DNA of 64,000 bases, taken from IMG/VR virus record IMGVR_UViG_3300020197_000008, positions 1 through 64,000 of that record; one strand, 5' to 3'. The DNA comes from a virus. The notes under the pieces were generated by a model. It was not told the origin of the DNA. It did not search any database and was given only the letters and a program-made list of their open reading frames with translations. Of the stretch, positions 9,186-22,900 are shown in pieces. Numbering within the stretch: position 1 is the stretch's first letter; the number at the start of each line of letters is the position of its first letter. Made by a program: the position numbers and the translations under genes.

Positions 9186-9819
9186 ATGAATGTTAGTACT
9201 ATTCTTCTAGAATTAAAAAAGAAGTATGGCACCGTATTTGCGGTAAAAATAAAACGGTCAAAATTTAATACTAAAGCAGCTTTCTTATCGTGAATTCGAC
9301 GAAATAGATTCATTAAAAAGTGATGAGAATTTTTCAAACGCAGACGCTGAAGAAGAAATATTAAAATATTCGATAGTATATCCCTCCAACTTTGATATCT
9401 ACCAAATTCCTGCTGGCTCTATTACCTCTTTGGCGGAAGAAATACTGGACTTTTCTGGATTTGGTTCCGCAAAAACAACAAAAAGGGTAATTGAAGAAAA
9501 AAGAGAACAACTTTCTGGCGTAAGAGGACTAATGAAAGCCTTTGTCTTGGCTACTATATCTAGTGATACTCCAGAATTTTTGGATTCTTTGACTTTTTCT
9601 GAACTCGCCTACAGGGTGGCTTTAGCTGAGAGAATCATAGAAGTTAAGCAGGCGATTAATGGAATTGAATCTACAAATGTCAAACTGCAAATAATCGATC
9701 CGGAAGAAGAAGTTGAAAAGCAAAAACTCTCTGCAGCAAGGCACGACAAATCTAAACCAGAAGGCACTGCGAAATACAACGATCCAATTGCTCAAAAATT
9801 GTGGGGAATGAATCGATAG
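9186..9819 (+). CDS. tail assembly chaperone 2 (paralog), ~210 aa, needs one +1 CGGN event at 9255
   Basis: ATG at 9186; MNVSTILLELKKKYGTVFAVKIK [C]GGT QNLILKQLSYREFD.. runs into ORF 9430. The repaired protein aligns by eye with chaperone 1 across the junction. Confidence 0.8.
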
Positions 9820-9831
9820 ATCGGAGAATAA

Positions 9832-12800
9832 ATGTTACGTGATCGCGGTCCGCTCCATAACATTGGCTATGGCGTAACATCTAGGGATTTTGAATTTGGG
9901 CAAAGATATGGAGAAATGCCCTCTCCAGAATCTGGTTTTGTTTCCAGGGCACTTCATGATAATCCAATTCTTAAAATGGCCGCGGCTATGTTGGCAACTG
10001 GTCTGTCGGCAGGAGTTGCTGGCAAGTTAGTTAAAACTGGTGGATTAAAACTTGGATACAGATTAAGCGAAAATGCGGCGGCCTCTGAGGCAGCGGGGAT
10101 AAATAATCTAATAACAAGAGCGCATAGGACAATGCTCAGAATGCGCTCGCTGCTTGACGAATATCAGGGCGTTGCAAGACCAACAGAGGGTAAACAAAGA
10201 TTAGTATACAGGAATGCATCGGACATTCTTACCACTGGATACGATTCCGTAGCCAGTCCGCGCATTGGGTATGCTCAGTCGTCTAGGGCTGTTAGCGCAG
10301 CTCAAGGATGGTCGTATAGAAACGAGCTTCAGCAGCAGTTGGTAAAGCAAGCCAGAAGACTTCCCTACGAAGTTCCAGCATTCTATGTGGCAGATAAAAC
10401 TATTGGTAGAACTTTTTATGGTGGAGAAAAACAAGACACAAACAAAAAGAAAAATTGGTATGATCCCAGCAGAGTAACCGATTTTGCAAAAGACATAGGA
10501 AGATCAACCCTGCTTCAAGTTGGTGGATTTATGCTACCCGCTGCTGGTTTGGCTGCGGCAAAAAACAGCTCAATTAACTTTTTTAAGACAGCAGAACAAA
10601 GATGGGATTCGGTGTATTCTGGATATAGGCAGTTAAGTCCGACTCAGAAAAAAATATATCAAAACTTCAATTTTCTAAAAGGTTCTTTGTCTGAAGTTGG
10701 TCAAGATCTATTTAAGATATTTGATAAAACAATAACATTTGGAGAAAGATCTACCGGTGCTCTTGCCGCTGCGTTTACTGCAGCATCGGGTGTTTCAAAA
10801 AATCCAGTATTAGACCTTCACAGATTTAGGCATGGTAGTCCCCCCCTGGGAGCAAGTCCACCAGCAGGTGGATATGGAAAGCAACTGGCGGAAGACATAG
10901 CCAGCATGGATTTGAGCAGAATAAATAGGGGAATTAACACCGCACATGATCACCTAAGGGTCGATAGTCTTCTTGATTTAATACCTGGATACAAGTCTGT
11001 AAGACAGGGTGTTAATGAGGGATTGAAAAAATACAAGAATCTTCAGCAAGCTCAAAAATATATCCGTGTAGCAGAAGGTTCGAGTGGTTCAGACTTTGAC
11101 GACATTATGGCGGCCATAAGACAGATAAATGGTTTGGATCCCACCAGCACAGAAGTACCGTCAATACTCTCCAGAAATATTCAAGATATTTTAAACAAAA
11201 GAACTTCACCCCTTCTTAGCAAAGCCCGTGCATTTGAAGAAAAAGTTGGAAGGGAATACTCTCAAAGAGTTAATGGAAGTTTTGAGAGAACTTTTCGTGC
11301 TGGAAGAAATTTCACACAGGAATTAAAACGGACAAGCATATAAGAAAAAACTTGAAGAACAGTTAATAGCAGAAGGCGTTGATTCAAAGGTAGCTAGAAG
11401 ATTTTCAGATCAAATTACGTTTGACCAAGTAAATCCGTATTCAAGATCGATAGTAGGTTCTGGAGACGAGTTTGTAACACTCTACACTCCAATATTTCCC
11501 GAAAAAAGAATAAAACTAGGTAACGCCGATCCAGCTAGTAATTTTTACGATGAACTAATAAACACCTACAATAGATCACATTCGCAATCGCTGCAATTTT
11601 CTGGTGATTTTAAAGGTAGTAATCTTGAAGAGATTTTTCACAAAATAGATAGACAAATCATTGAAGGAATGAAACGCACAGATTCTGAGTCTTTTGCTTT
11701 TGGTTATTCACTAGATCAAAAGCTATTCAGGAGTCTTTATGAGCCATTTAAGGATGTAGTCGGTGAGACTGTATTAAAATCACAAAAACTAAATGAAGAC
11801 ATTATTCTTAGAAATTTAGCAAGTCCCGGAATAGAACAAATAAAGGCAAGTAATAATCTAATTTTATCTGCCGCCAATAACGCAATGAAAGCCTACAATG
11901 ACCCCAGGGCCGTCAGTGTAATAATGTCAGCAGCAACGGGAGCCCCTAGGCCAGACACAATTCGTCTTCACGCGTCAGCGCAATATCTTGCGAGTATGGG
12001 TATAGATCCAAGAAACACCGCAGAATTACGTGCCTTCATTGGGCAGACAAAAGGATTTGAAACAAGCGGAATACTTTCTGTTTTAGGAATTAAAAAAGCT
12101 ACTTATGATGAGTTTGATAAACAACAAGAAGGGCTTGCCAGAACCTTATCCGAAAATCCCAACTTTGATCACAAAAATTTAACCAAAAATTTAATATATA
12201 ATGTTTATGAAAAAGACGAAAAAACTTTCGTTGGTCTAAAATCGATTGTTCGATCTTTAAAGAGTGATCTTGCTACCGAAACGGGAGTAAGAAACGTTTC
12301 TGGATACTACAGTAGCAGTATTGACAACACTCTACCAATTTTAAATATTAATCCTATCAGGGCAGGTCTGCGAAATATAACAAAATTTGCCACAGAGGAA
12401 CTTAGAATTCCCATTCTAAACATCAACCCTGCACAAATGTTGGGAGTAAAAGACTTCTACGCCCAATCCGAGGCTGGAGAAATGTTGTTGAGTATGTCAA
12501 GGGCCTCTCATCCATTTGTGCCCAAGACCGCTCAGGCCGCAGATATGTATACGTGGCATAGTACTGGTGGATTTTTGGGAACAAAAGGAAAACTCTTTGC
12601 TCATAAAAGTACGGTAGATCCAAATAACCCTAGACGAATAAAGTTTGAAACTACTGGATTTGATGGCTTTTACAGACCGTTAAACATGGCGGTATCGTCA
12701 ATGTTTTCTCGCACCGCTGAGTTGGCGGCTGGAGAAAAAAGGGCATACAGTGAAGGTTCAGATGGTTTAGTTGCAAAGGCAAAAAGGTTTCTAAGTTTTG

Positions 12801-15800
12801 ACGAAGAACAACCCAATTCACTACTTCGTTTTATCGGTAGGCTAAAAAATAGGCAAGCTGATGTCAACAATCCAGCACTGCTGCATAAACTTATGCAGGT
12901 TGAAATGGATGAACCATTTACAATTGGTGGTTTTGGCAAAAAGAGAAATTTGAAACTAACAAAAGGCGCAGATGATTTTGCGTTTGATGAAGGAGTAATA
13001 AAAAAGGATCCCAATATTCACGTCGGCAGATCAGGACAGATTGAATTTCCAACATTTCAGGTCGTAGACGTAGACACAAATGAAATAGTGGCCTCTCATG
13101 CGGAATTGATGGAAGCCTTTACGAGAATGGCCAAAAAAACATTAAGTTATGGTGTAAATAAAAGAATTGGAAAACAATTTCTTTTAAATGACAGAATCGA
13201 TTTAATAGATGACCAATTGCTTGGCCAAGCAAAAAGTGTTTTTGGCGTTAATTTATCTAAGGAAGATTTGGCCAACAGACTCCTTAATCCAAGGTCTGCT
13301 TCCGACAGAGATGATATATTAAAACTTTTTAAAGACGACTTAGCTTTAATAAAAGAAAGCCATGGCAAGAAAGATGCCATAAGAGCAGCGGAAGCAGCAG
13401 AAATAGGCGAGAATCCTGCCCTATCACAAATATATCAACCAATCGCTAAAGCCCACAGTAGAATACGTCGACTAGGGGATATACAGGATATTTCTCAACA
13501 ATCTCCGATGTATGAAGCTTCTTCTTCGATAGTTACAAGGGCAGATGAAATTTCCTCAGAGGTTGTTAGATACCTTATTCAAAGAAAAGCGCTGATGCAA
13601 CCTCGTAGAGATTTGGGAATAAAGGTTGTGAAGGATGTGGCAGAAATAGTAGATGACTTATTTGAGCGAGGAGTCATAACTGCAGCACAAAGATCCGAAG
13701 CACAAGCCGCAACACTGTCAACTATATACAACATATCGGCATTTAGCACCTACAGGTATTCAACGCCAAGCAGTAACCTGAAGAATATCACTGATATGAG
13801 TGCAAGATTTGATTTTGCAAGAAACTATTTGAGTCAAATGGGCAAAGATGTGTCCAGTAGTTTGGTTTCGCCATTTACGGAAGGATCTTCGGCGATTGCA
13901 TCTGGTGGAGTGATTTCAACATTTGTTCCAGGAGGAAAAGCCCTAAAATCTTTTATATCAAAAAATCTAAACATGGGGGGCTACGTACCAGACACCTCTG
14001 TTAGTTCTCTTTCTGGATATTCGGTTGGATCACAGTTTACGTTCATGCCCACGGTGGCAACAGCCATAAAAGCAAATCCAAAGGCAGCACTAATGAGCGC
14101 TGCTGGAATACACACTTATGATAACGCAGAGGGATTTTCTCTTGGTTCCGTTCCCATATCTCATACCTTTCAAAGATTAAATAGATACTTTGGATCTGTA
14201 GGTGCGGGTCTAAAAGAAGATGATTTTTATGGTCCCTTAGATCTCTATTTTAGGGGCATGAATGCAAAGCGTATTCTTCCTGCTGTTGCGATAGGCTCAA
14301 CGGCATTAGCGGCGGATAGAACTATTGGTGGATATACTCAGCCAAAAGATGAAAGAGGCGAAAGGGTATATTCTCCGCTATTTCTTGGAGCTGCAACAAG
14401 AGGTGCTGCAGAGATTCATTCTGCAGTAGCTGGGCTAGCTCCTGGTGGTCTAACTTATAGGCAGAAAAGAGATCAACTTCTTTATGGAGAGGTTCCAATT
14501 AGAAAAGGAAGGTTTTGGCCGCTTGGCAACACGCCGTTTCAGGGAAGTAAAATTGAATATTATAGACCATCGTATTACAGGAGAATGCAGGGTGCACCAA
14601 CCCATACCTCTGAATCTTTTGGAAGTCCAATTGAAAGACTGTTGTACTACAATGACTTTTCTCCCCTTAGGCCACTAGATCCTTACAGGTTTGAAAGAAA
14701 ACATTACGAAGATAGACCCTATCCAATTACCGGAGAGTATTTTTCTGGTCCGTTTGGAGCTGCAGTCCCCATACTAAATGCCACTGTTGGCAGGGTGCTA
14801 AAGCCGCAAAGGGCCATGCACCCGATAGAGACAAGCTTTGGCCTGTCGGAATACCAAAGGGTTGGTCAATCTGGAGCATACCTGCCTCCAACTGGTTTGT
14901 CAAGACCAACATCACTTAATTTTGGAACTCCAGTAAACAACATTAATCTTTCTGCTGCGCCTGCTTATTATAATCCACCAAGACCCCTTAAGCACATATC
15001 TGCCAGTTTAAATCCAAATCAGTTTGCCTCTAATCCAATCGGCAACACCGCCGCAAATGCCGCAATATCGTACTTCAATCAGTCAAATTCCTCACAGGCT
15101 GGTTCGCTCAATAGCGCAAGAAATGCAACAAGAGCAAATCTTTCTTATTACAATCAATCATTATCGAGTGGGTCTGCGGTTACGCCTGGTGGCCCTGGTC
15201 AAATATCCACAAGTGTTATGCCAGGAGTTCCAGTTGGCGCCAACATACCACCAATAGATATAGTTCCGATTGGATTGCCATCTAGAACCACAGATAGAGA
15301 TGTCATTGGTGGCGAAATAGGATATAGATTTCAGGAGACGGCAGGTATTTATGGATTTACTGCTGGAAATATACGTGAATCTCTGGGATTTGGAAGATTT
15401 GACTTTGAACCGACACCAGCGGTGCTACAGTCTGCAAGTAAGGCATATGGTTCAACTAGATCTTTCTGGGATCTTAATCTTGGTGGACTTGGAGACATAC
15501 CTCTTCAGGCAGAAGGTCCCCTTGGAAACATAGAATTTTCTGAAATTGTAAGAAGATTTATTCCAAAAGAAAGAAATAATATAGACTACATAAACCCAAT
15601 CAAGAACAGAATGGGTAAGCAGTATAGCTTCCTGCCAGGCAGAGACAATTTTATAGACTTTACCACTGGTGATCCTTTTGTCAAAGTAAAAGAAGGAGAA
15701 ATGCGCCTTCCTGGAGTTGGATACGAAAGATTTAATAAACTATATCCCGATAGAACTGGAAGATACGGTGCAGTAAATCAACTTGACATTTTGGCAGATG

Positions 15801-16960
15801 TGGCTCCTTATTCCAAACAATTCAGGACACTCAATGCTTCTATAGATAAAATGGGTCTTTCTGAAGAGGAAAGAGCAAAGGTTGGTCAAATAAGAGCACA
15901 GCTGAACGCAATAGAAAATAGTAGAACAAACTTTGATTCTTATTATGACGATTCTTTATTGGGTAGAGCTGTTAATCCAATTAAAACTATAAGACATATA
16001 AATAACCCTATCATCAATAAGTTTTTTGGCGAAACCAGTCCTACTGAAGAATATGAAAGAAGAAATATATATGGTGCGACATTTCCGGAATGGCAAAGAC
16101 CAGCTGAAAGTTTTATAAAACCAATTTATTATAAGTCTACAAATAGAAATCCAATTCTTGCGGCAGGCATTGGCGCAGTTGCCTTTTCGTTGTTTGGAAG
16201 GGGTCCGAGAGGAGCGCAAATTTTTGGAACTCTTGGCGCAGTTACTGTTGGTGGTTTTTCTCTCTTCCAAAGATCAAAAGACAAGAGATTTATACCACAA
16301 GAAAGACAAAAGCAATTTGCACTTGAGGAATATATAGATATTCTTTCATATGTAAAAAACAGAACTGCGGCCTCCAGAGCAGAAAAAATTGGAGATTTTA
16401 AATCAGCAAATCAATTCATGAATCTTTCAAAAAGAACAATGTATGGTGCTGATCTAAATTCGAAATCTATTGACCAGCTAGCTATGTCAATACCAAAAAG
16501 AAAACGTGACTACTTTAAGGCAATGATAAAAGCTCCGCCTTCTCAAAGGGGGAGAATATTATCTACTGCTCCAAGATTGGAAAGAAGAATATACGAAGCC
16601 ACTTGGGGAATGCCCGTAGAAAGAAGGCCAGATTTAAACGAGTATTTTACAAGACATGAACTTCCAGGTCCAAACTGGGAAGGTTGGCATCCGAATACAA
16701 ATATGGATCACGTAAAAATTAAAACGGGTCAGGCTATGGGCTTGGAGATGTCTCAAATGGGTTTTTATCCACAACAAATAAAAGAGGCACAACTAACAAA
16801 TCCGGGTTATCCAGAATTTAATCGTTCGTCTGGTCCTCCGCAAAGAGTCAGGGCCAAACTACAAAGACTGATGTTTGATATGGGAATCAGTGGAGATATA
16901 ACCGAAGTTGCAAACTCTTCTAATCCCGGTGAAATAAATGTTATGGCTGGAGTTAATTAA
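9832..16960 (+). CDS. very large tail protein, probable tape measure protein, ~2,375 aa, one CGGN event at 11329
   Basis: ORFs 9832 and 11669 join via AAA-C-GGA. The +1 frame is stop-free for the 113 codons from 11330 to 11668. Follows the chaperones and has Gly/Ala-rich hydrophobic segments. Confidence 0.7.
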
Positions 16961-16962
16961 TA

Positions 16963-19900
16963 ATGACAATTTTTGAATCACCCGACCAGATGGGAGTACT
17001 TGAAGCTAGGAGACTGCTTGCCCTGACCGAGGCTGGTCAAATGGGAACCCTAAGAATAGATCAGTTATCTGATGGAACTTTTAAGTATGTAAATTTGGTA
17101 ACTGGCACAAAATATGATTTTACCAGGGAAGGCTTTGAAGCAGCTCAAACAGCAGTAGGTAATCAGGGCATTTCTGAATTTACTGTTTTAAGAGGTCCTA
17201 CAATTAAGGATGTACTATCGGGTAAATCCGTAGCAGAAAGAGAATACGGAGTTTTGTCTGACGCCGTAAGAAACGCAAATAGAGTAATAGCTGGAACCAG
17301 TACAGATGAGATTGAAATAAGAACAAGGGCGTTTGAAGGAGCAAGAGCCGAGGTTTTGGAGGCAGTCGCCAAAGAAGAAAAATTTACTTTGGAAAGAATT
17401 GGATTTTCTAAACAAAATCCACAAGAAGCTCTTATAGAAATTATGAAAGAACTTGACCCGACGGGAGCTGAGGCACAATTGTACGACCAAATTGATGATC
17501 CAAGAGTGCTACAAAAAATTCCTGGAATCGTCAATATACAAAAAGAAGCGGCTGTTTTATTAAGGGCCAGAATTGGTGACGTTTATCTAGATCAAGATGA
17601 ATTTATAAGGTTTCTTCAAGTCACCGGCGGAAGCTTTATACGTGAAGACAAACTTTTAAAAGCAATTAGTGTTGGAGAAGACGCAACCGAAGGCACTGTG
17701 GGTAGGGCTTATGGTGCCCTGTCGCAAAAAGTTCCAAAAAGAGGAAAGGCAATGACCTCTCCCAGAAACACGGTAATTAACACTGATGGTGTTGAATCTT
17801 TGGTGGATTATATAAAATATAATCTAGTAGACGAAACTAAGGCTCGGAGGGATTAATTATCGAGAATTTTCACCGCTAATTAATGAACTTAAAGATACCA
17901 TTTTAATAGGCGATCATCCGCTTGAGCAAACCTTGATAGCTTTTGGTCTTCAGGACGAATATTCTGAAGCATTGATAGAGTCAACTAATATGTTAGAACA
18001 AGCTGCCGTAAAAAGAATTAGAGAGGGTATGAAAATAGTTACGAGCGGAAATACTAGAACTTCAGCAAGGAATACAATGACTGAAGTAATGAGAATATCT
18101 GGATACGACGCAATGTCTGATCCTATGCCAATGTTGGATGAGCTTATGACGGGAAGTCAGGGTATTCTGACAAAAAGAATACAGAAACTTAGAACGAGTG
18201 GAACTAAATTTGGAGTAAAAGAAATAATGGAAGACATAAGAGCACTTGCGGCTTCTGATGAGGCTGGTGTTCTTGGAAACACAAAAAAAGAAATACAACA
18301 AAGAACAAATATGTTGGCTAATTTTTTTGAAAATGCTGTTAAAACTTTTGAAGATGGCTCTATGTTTATGAGTAGTATTGTCGCAAAACATGAGGCAGGT
18401 AGGCTTTCTATTGGCGCAGCACAAATGGCTAAAAGGTTAAGTGAACTTACTGGTCCCAATCTTACGGATGAGGAATTACTGATAAAACAAAACTTAACAA
18501 TAAATCTTCAAGACTACAAAAAGGCTTACAGTTTATTGGCAAAACGGAGAAGCATATACTGAAACAGGTGGAGTCTTTTCTGCAATTCCATTTGAGGAAA
18601 TAAAAGCCAGGGTTTACACAGATCAAACTGGAAGAATTTTTCTTGGTGGGAAAGACCAGGTAAAGATGGTTACAGATATAGTTTCGGATAATTCAACGCA
18701 AGCACAAGCTTTGGCAAAACTTGGATTCATTGGTTATGGATCCGAAGAATTGGTAAAAAAAGAATTAGGTTTTTTTAGTTACGGCTCAACGAACTTACCA
18801 AGGCCATCGCAAATAACTCTTGATCTTATTGGTCACGGAAGATCAGACGTTTATGCAGATATTCAGGGTGCGATATTTGGAAAAGCAATGTATAACAGTG
18901 AGGCAATTCGAGATGAAATTCGAAGAGAAACTAAGTATTCCCTTGGGCATGAAATGGATGAGTTGCTTAGAACAAAAAGACTAAGCCCAAGAATGCAAGC
19001 CAGAATTGAGGCACAGGCGTCAATAGATCCAAATGATTTTGAAGAAATGAGAATGCCCAGCAGGGAAGCAGCGCAAAGAATGAAAATTAACGCGCAAGAA
19101 CTACAGCGAGCAATGTTGTCCGAAAATACGAGTATATTCGACAATCCAGACCTCTTGGGCATGGTTAGAAGATCGCTTGAATTTGGATATGTAAGAGAGA
19201 CAAAAACCTTTAACGAATTCGCCAAGCGGTGACAAAATAACAAGGAAGATATATTCGCCGATTCTGCCCCATGCTTCGAGAAGTGCAATTGATACCGAAC
19301 AAGCCGTTATGCGCTCTGGGGATGTTTTTTCTCCAGAAGGAAAGATACTGTTGGGTGGAGACAAGGTTGCTGCAATGGAGGACATCGGTGTAAGAATTCG
19401 GAGAAGGGGCAGACAGTGACATGTTGAGTCTATATAGATATAGGCTTCGTCGGCGATAAAATGATAATACCGACTTCTTCGTATACTGCATTAAAGGATT
19501 CCTGGGGAGGTTTTGACTTAGACGACCATCTTATAAAGAATTTACACTACATAAAGGATACGGAAGGAAATAGAAGATTAGCCTCCTATGTATGGCGTCA
19601 ACCGACTGGACCACAAGAAGCTGCGTTAATGTTACCGTACCTGGATGACGAAACACTGCAGGTTATGCTTGGTGGATCAGACCAGGCGGGTTCAAACATA
19701 TTCGCAGATAAATTTAGAAGGGCTGCTAGTGCGGCGGCAGAAGCGCTACAACATGAAAAACTTAACAGGCTTCCAACACGTGCATTGGCAATGACCGCAG
19801 ATGAATTAGATCAATTTAGCAGAGTTGAAAAAATACTTTTGTATCTGGCAAGCATTGCCAACGGAAGGATGGAAAATGCAAAATCACTAAAACCCTCAGA

Positions 19901-22900
19901 CGTTTCCATGGAGGAAGTAGAAAGGATGATTTTTAGAGTTTTAGACATTGGCCAAAACACGACAAAGGCAGCAGACGGCGACTTTGGTGGATTAATTTTA
20001 AACGTTCAAGATAATACCACCGAAGGAGCTCAAATAAGTTATTCAAAAATACTTGGGAAACTGAACTTGGAACAATTGACTGGAAAAGAAGGTCTTAGGC
20101 AGTCCAAGAGAATGTTTCAGGGAATTACGGAAGTGCCGGAAGCAGCCATGAGGGCTTTTGCTTCAGGTAGGTTTGGTGCAATAATGCAGCTAAATCAAGA
20201 GCAGGCTATGGCACTTATTGCAGAATCTCCAGATCTTAAATTGCAATATAGGGACAGTAGTTTGTATAGACTTTTTGCCACAAACCTAGAAAAAGCCACT
20301 GGCACTAGAGAAGAACAGATTTTTGGTCGTTCACTTAGAGAGATTTTTGAAAGTCTACCAAGAGAATTTAAGGAGGAGATGGGAGGCAAGAACATATATA
20401 GTGCACTGCCAGCTGCTGGAAGAAACTTGGGAGAAACAGAACAGACATTTGCTCTTGCAAGAAAAATAATCCTTCATGCCCAAAAGATTGGAGATGTTGA
20501 AGTCGAGTCAAAGGTAATGCAGGCATTTGACAAAATGTATAATCAGGGAATGTTTTTGTCCCTTAATCAGGAAGACGCTCTTTCAAAGTTTATTAATAAA
20601 CTCGGCTTTGCTTCTTCTTTTGAATCCCAGAGACAGGAAGTAATCGCTGGCCTAAAAAAAGCAATAGCAGATGATGTTTCCGGTCCAATTGCCAGGTATA
20701 TCCAGGGTGATGAAGAGCTTCTTCAGAAAATACAGGAAGTCTTTGATTTCAAAATAGCAACTTTTGATCCAGAAAAAGTGGTAGACGCAGCCCTTGGAGG
20801 TTCAGGTAAACTAGCTTTTGACTCAGGCGATGGATATATGAGCTTATATAGAACATTGCTGGCTCACCAGCGGAAATCCATTAAGTCGTTCTAGGGGCGC
20901 TATGGATCAGGCTTTAAGGCAGTCTTTGATTGATCTATTCGACTTTGAAGATGAAGACTTGGCGGAGTCGCTTATCGAAAAATATGGAAGAAGATATAAA
21001 GTAGGAACCTTTGAAAATACAGCAGAGTTCGGATTAGATTCGGATACACAAAAACAGATCAGAACGATACTCAATAAGATGCTTGGCAGTAAGAATGTGG
21101 ATATTCAAAAAGAGGCGATTGCAGCACTGGATGCAAACGCAAATAAGGTTGGATCCGTCATGATCAGAAGAACTGGAATGTTGTTCGCTAAAATAAGAGA
21201 TATTCAACTGGAAATACTAGCTAAAGCAGGCTATTTAGATAATCAGGGAAAAATTATCAAGGAGTATAAAGATGAGGCGGCAAAACTTTTGGGACAAATA
21301 AGCGATATTGGTAATTTGCAGACGCGGTCTTATTCGGAATGGATGAATTTGCAACCAATCTTAAATTGTCAGATATAATAGAACAATCTTTGAGTGGCGA
21401 ACCAAGGGGAGATGTCATTGATTTTATAAGAGGAATAGAGAGCGAACAGGGTAGAAGTAGAAAGTTGTTAGATACCCTAGATTTAGCATCAGTGGATGAA
21501 GAGCCGCCGTTTGGTGCGGGAACCAAGGATAGACAAGTTCTGCTTAAAGCTTTTGGTTTTGGCAATCAAGGAGAGACGGACAGCGCAAAGAAATACCTAG
21601 AAGGTGTTCATGGATCTGGTGCATTGTTTGATGAAGCGGAAGAAGCCTACAAGACAATTAATCAAAGATTTGGCTCCAAAATGCTTGATGCTGCTATCGA
21701 CAACAGCAGGGCAAGATTAAACAGAAGACTCTCAAGTGTAGCAAGTGACTATGGCGGAATATTAGAAGGATTTTTTAACACAGAAAATGGACAACTTATT
21801 GAGAATATAAGGCAAAAAATCAACCCTCAAGAATTTGAGCAATTGGCATTATTGAAGCAATTAAGTGACGATCTTGTAGATCGGAAAACCACTAAAAATT
21901 AGTGCAAAACAATTCAAGAATGCTAAAGTTGGTCGGAGATCAGCGTAGTCGTTCAATTGCTCTTCTAAGGATGATTCATAAAAGACAAAACGATCAAGCA
22001 ACCACCGTTGGTATATCTGGACAAGATGTTTCTGATCTAATCAATGAACTTACTAGCAGCGATGCTGGTACAAGCAGATTATCGATTGGACAAATCAGGC
22101 AACTAAAAAGCACTTTTGAAATTGAGAGCTCACAAGCTAGATCTACCATAAGAGCTCTTGTGGAATCTGAGTTGACAAAAATGTTTGACGGTATCGACCC
22201 AACCGTTTCAAAAGATGATTTTATTAAAAGACTAAACACTTTATTTACTTTTAAAACAAAAGTTAAATTGGGGTCGCAGGAAAGAATAAGTCCGAAACAG
22301 CTTCGTGACGACGACATGATATCCAAATTGGGAAAAAGGCAAGTGAATAGATTTTTATCAGAGATAATCGATGACACAACTAATCCATTGTTTGTCACAA
22401 TCAACGGTCAAAAAATCAGCGTTCTGGAGCTTATGGGAATATCTGAAAGTAGACTTCATTTGACCGCCACAATTGATCAAATGCCAGAAACTATATACAA
22501 TGCCTTGATTGATTACTCCGAAGAAGGCGAACAGTTTTTGACAAGATCTTCTCTGCAAAAACATTTAAAATTATCAGAAAAAGTAAAAGCGGTTCAGACT
22601 GATATTTTGGGAACACACACTGCTATACCAAAATACGCAATGAATGAAAGTGATAATGTTGGATTTCTTGATTCAAGATTGATTTATCCAGATAGGGTTT
22701 ATGTACCTACTGAAAAAGCACCAAGAATTAAGATATCAGTGGAACTTATAGGTGAAAAAAGAACTGCTGAATTACCGCTCAATGCAGAGATGATGGATGA
22801 TTTAATAGCGCTTGCCACCGCAGATCCAGATGAAGTTGATCAGGTTAGGGAAGTGATTTCTCAACGATTAATTTCAGGTTCAAGACTTAAAGATACCCCC

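Noticed and set aside
9100-9260. Canonical lambda G/GT -1 slippery-site frameshift in the chaperone genes
   Set aside because: Chaperone 1 ends normally, and chaperone 2 has its own ATG and a full paralogous domain. The only required shift is +1 at CGG.
19230-19460. TGA readthrough joining ORFs 18666 and 19461, which are in the same frame
   Set aside because: It needs three TGA readthroughs and gives an atypical Cys-rich peptide. The three CGGN shifts give normal-looking sequence and follow the general rule.
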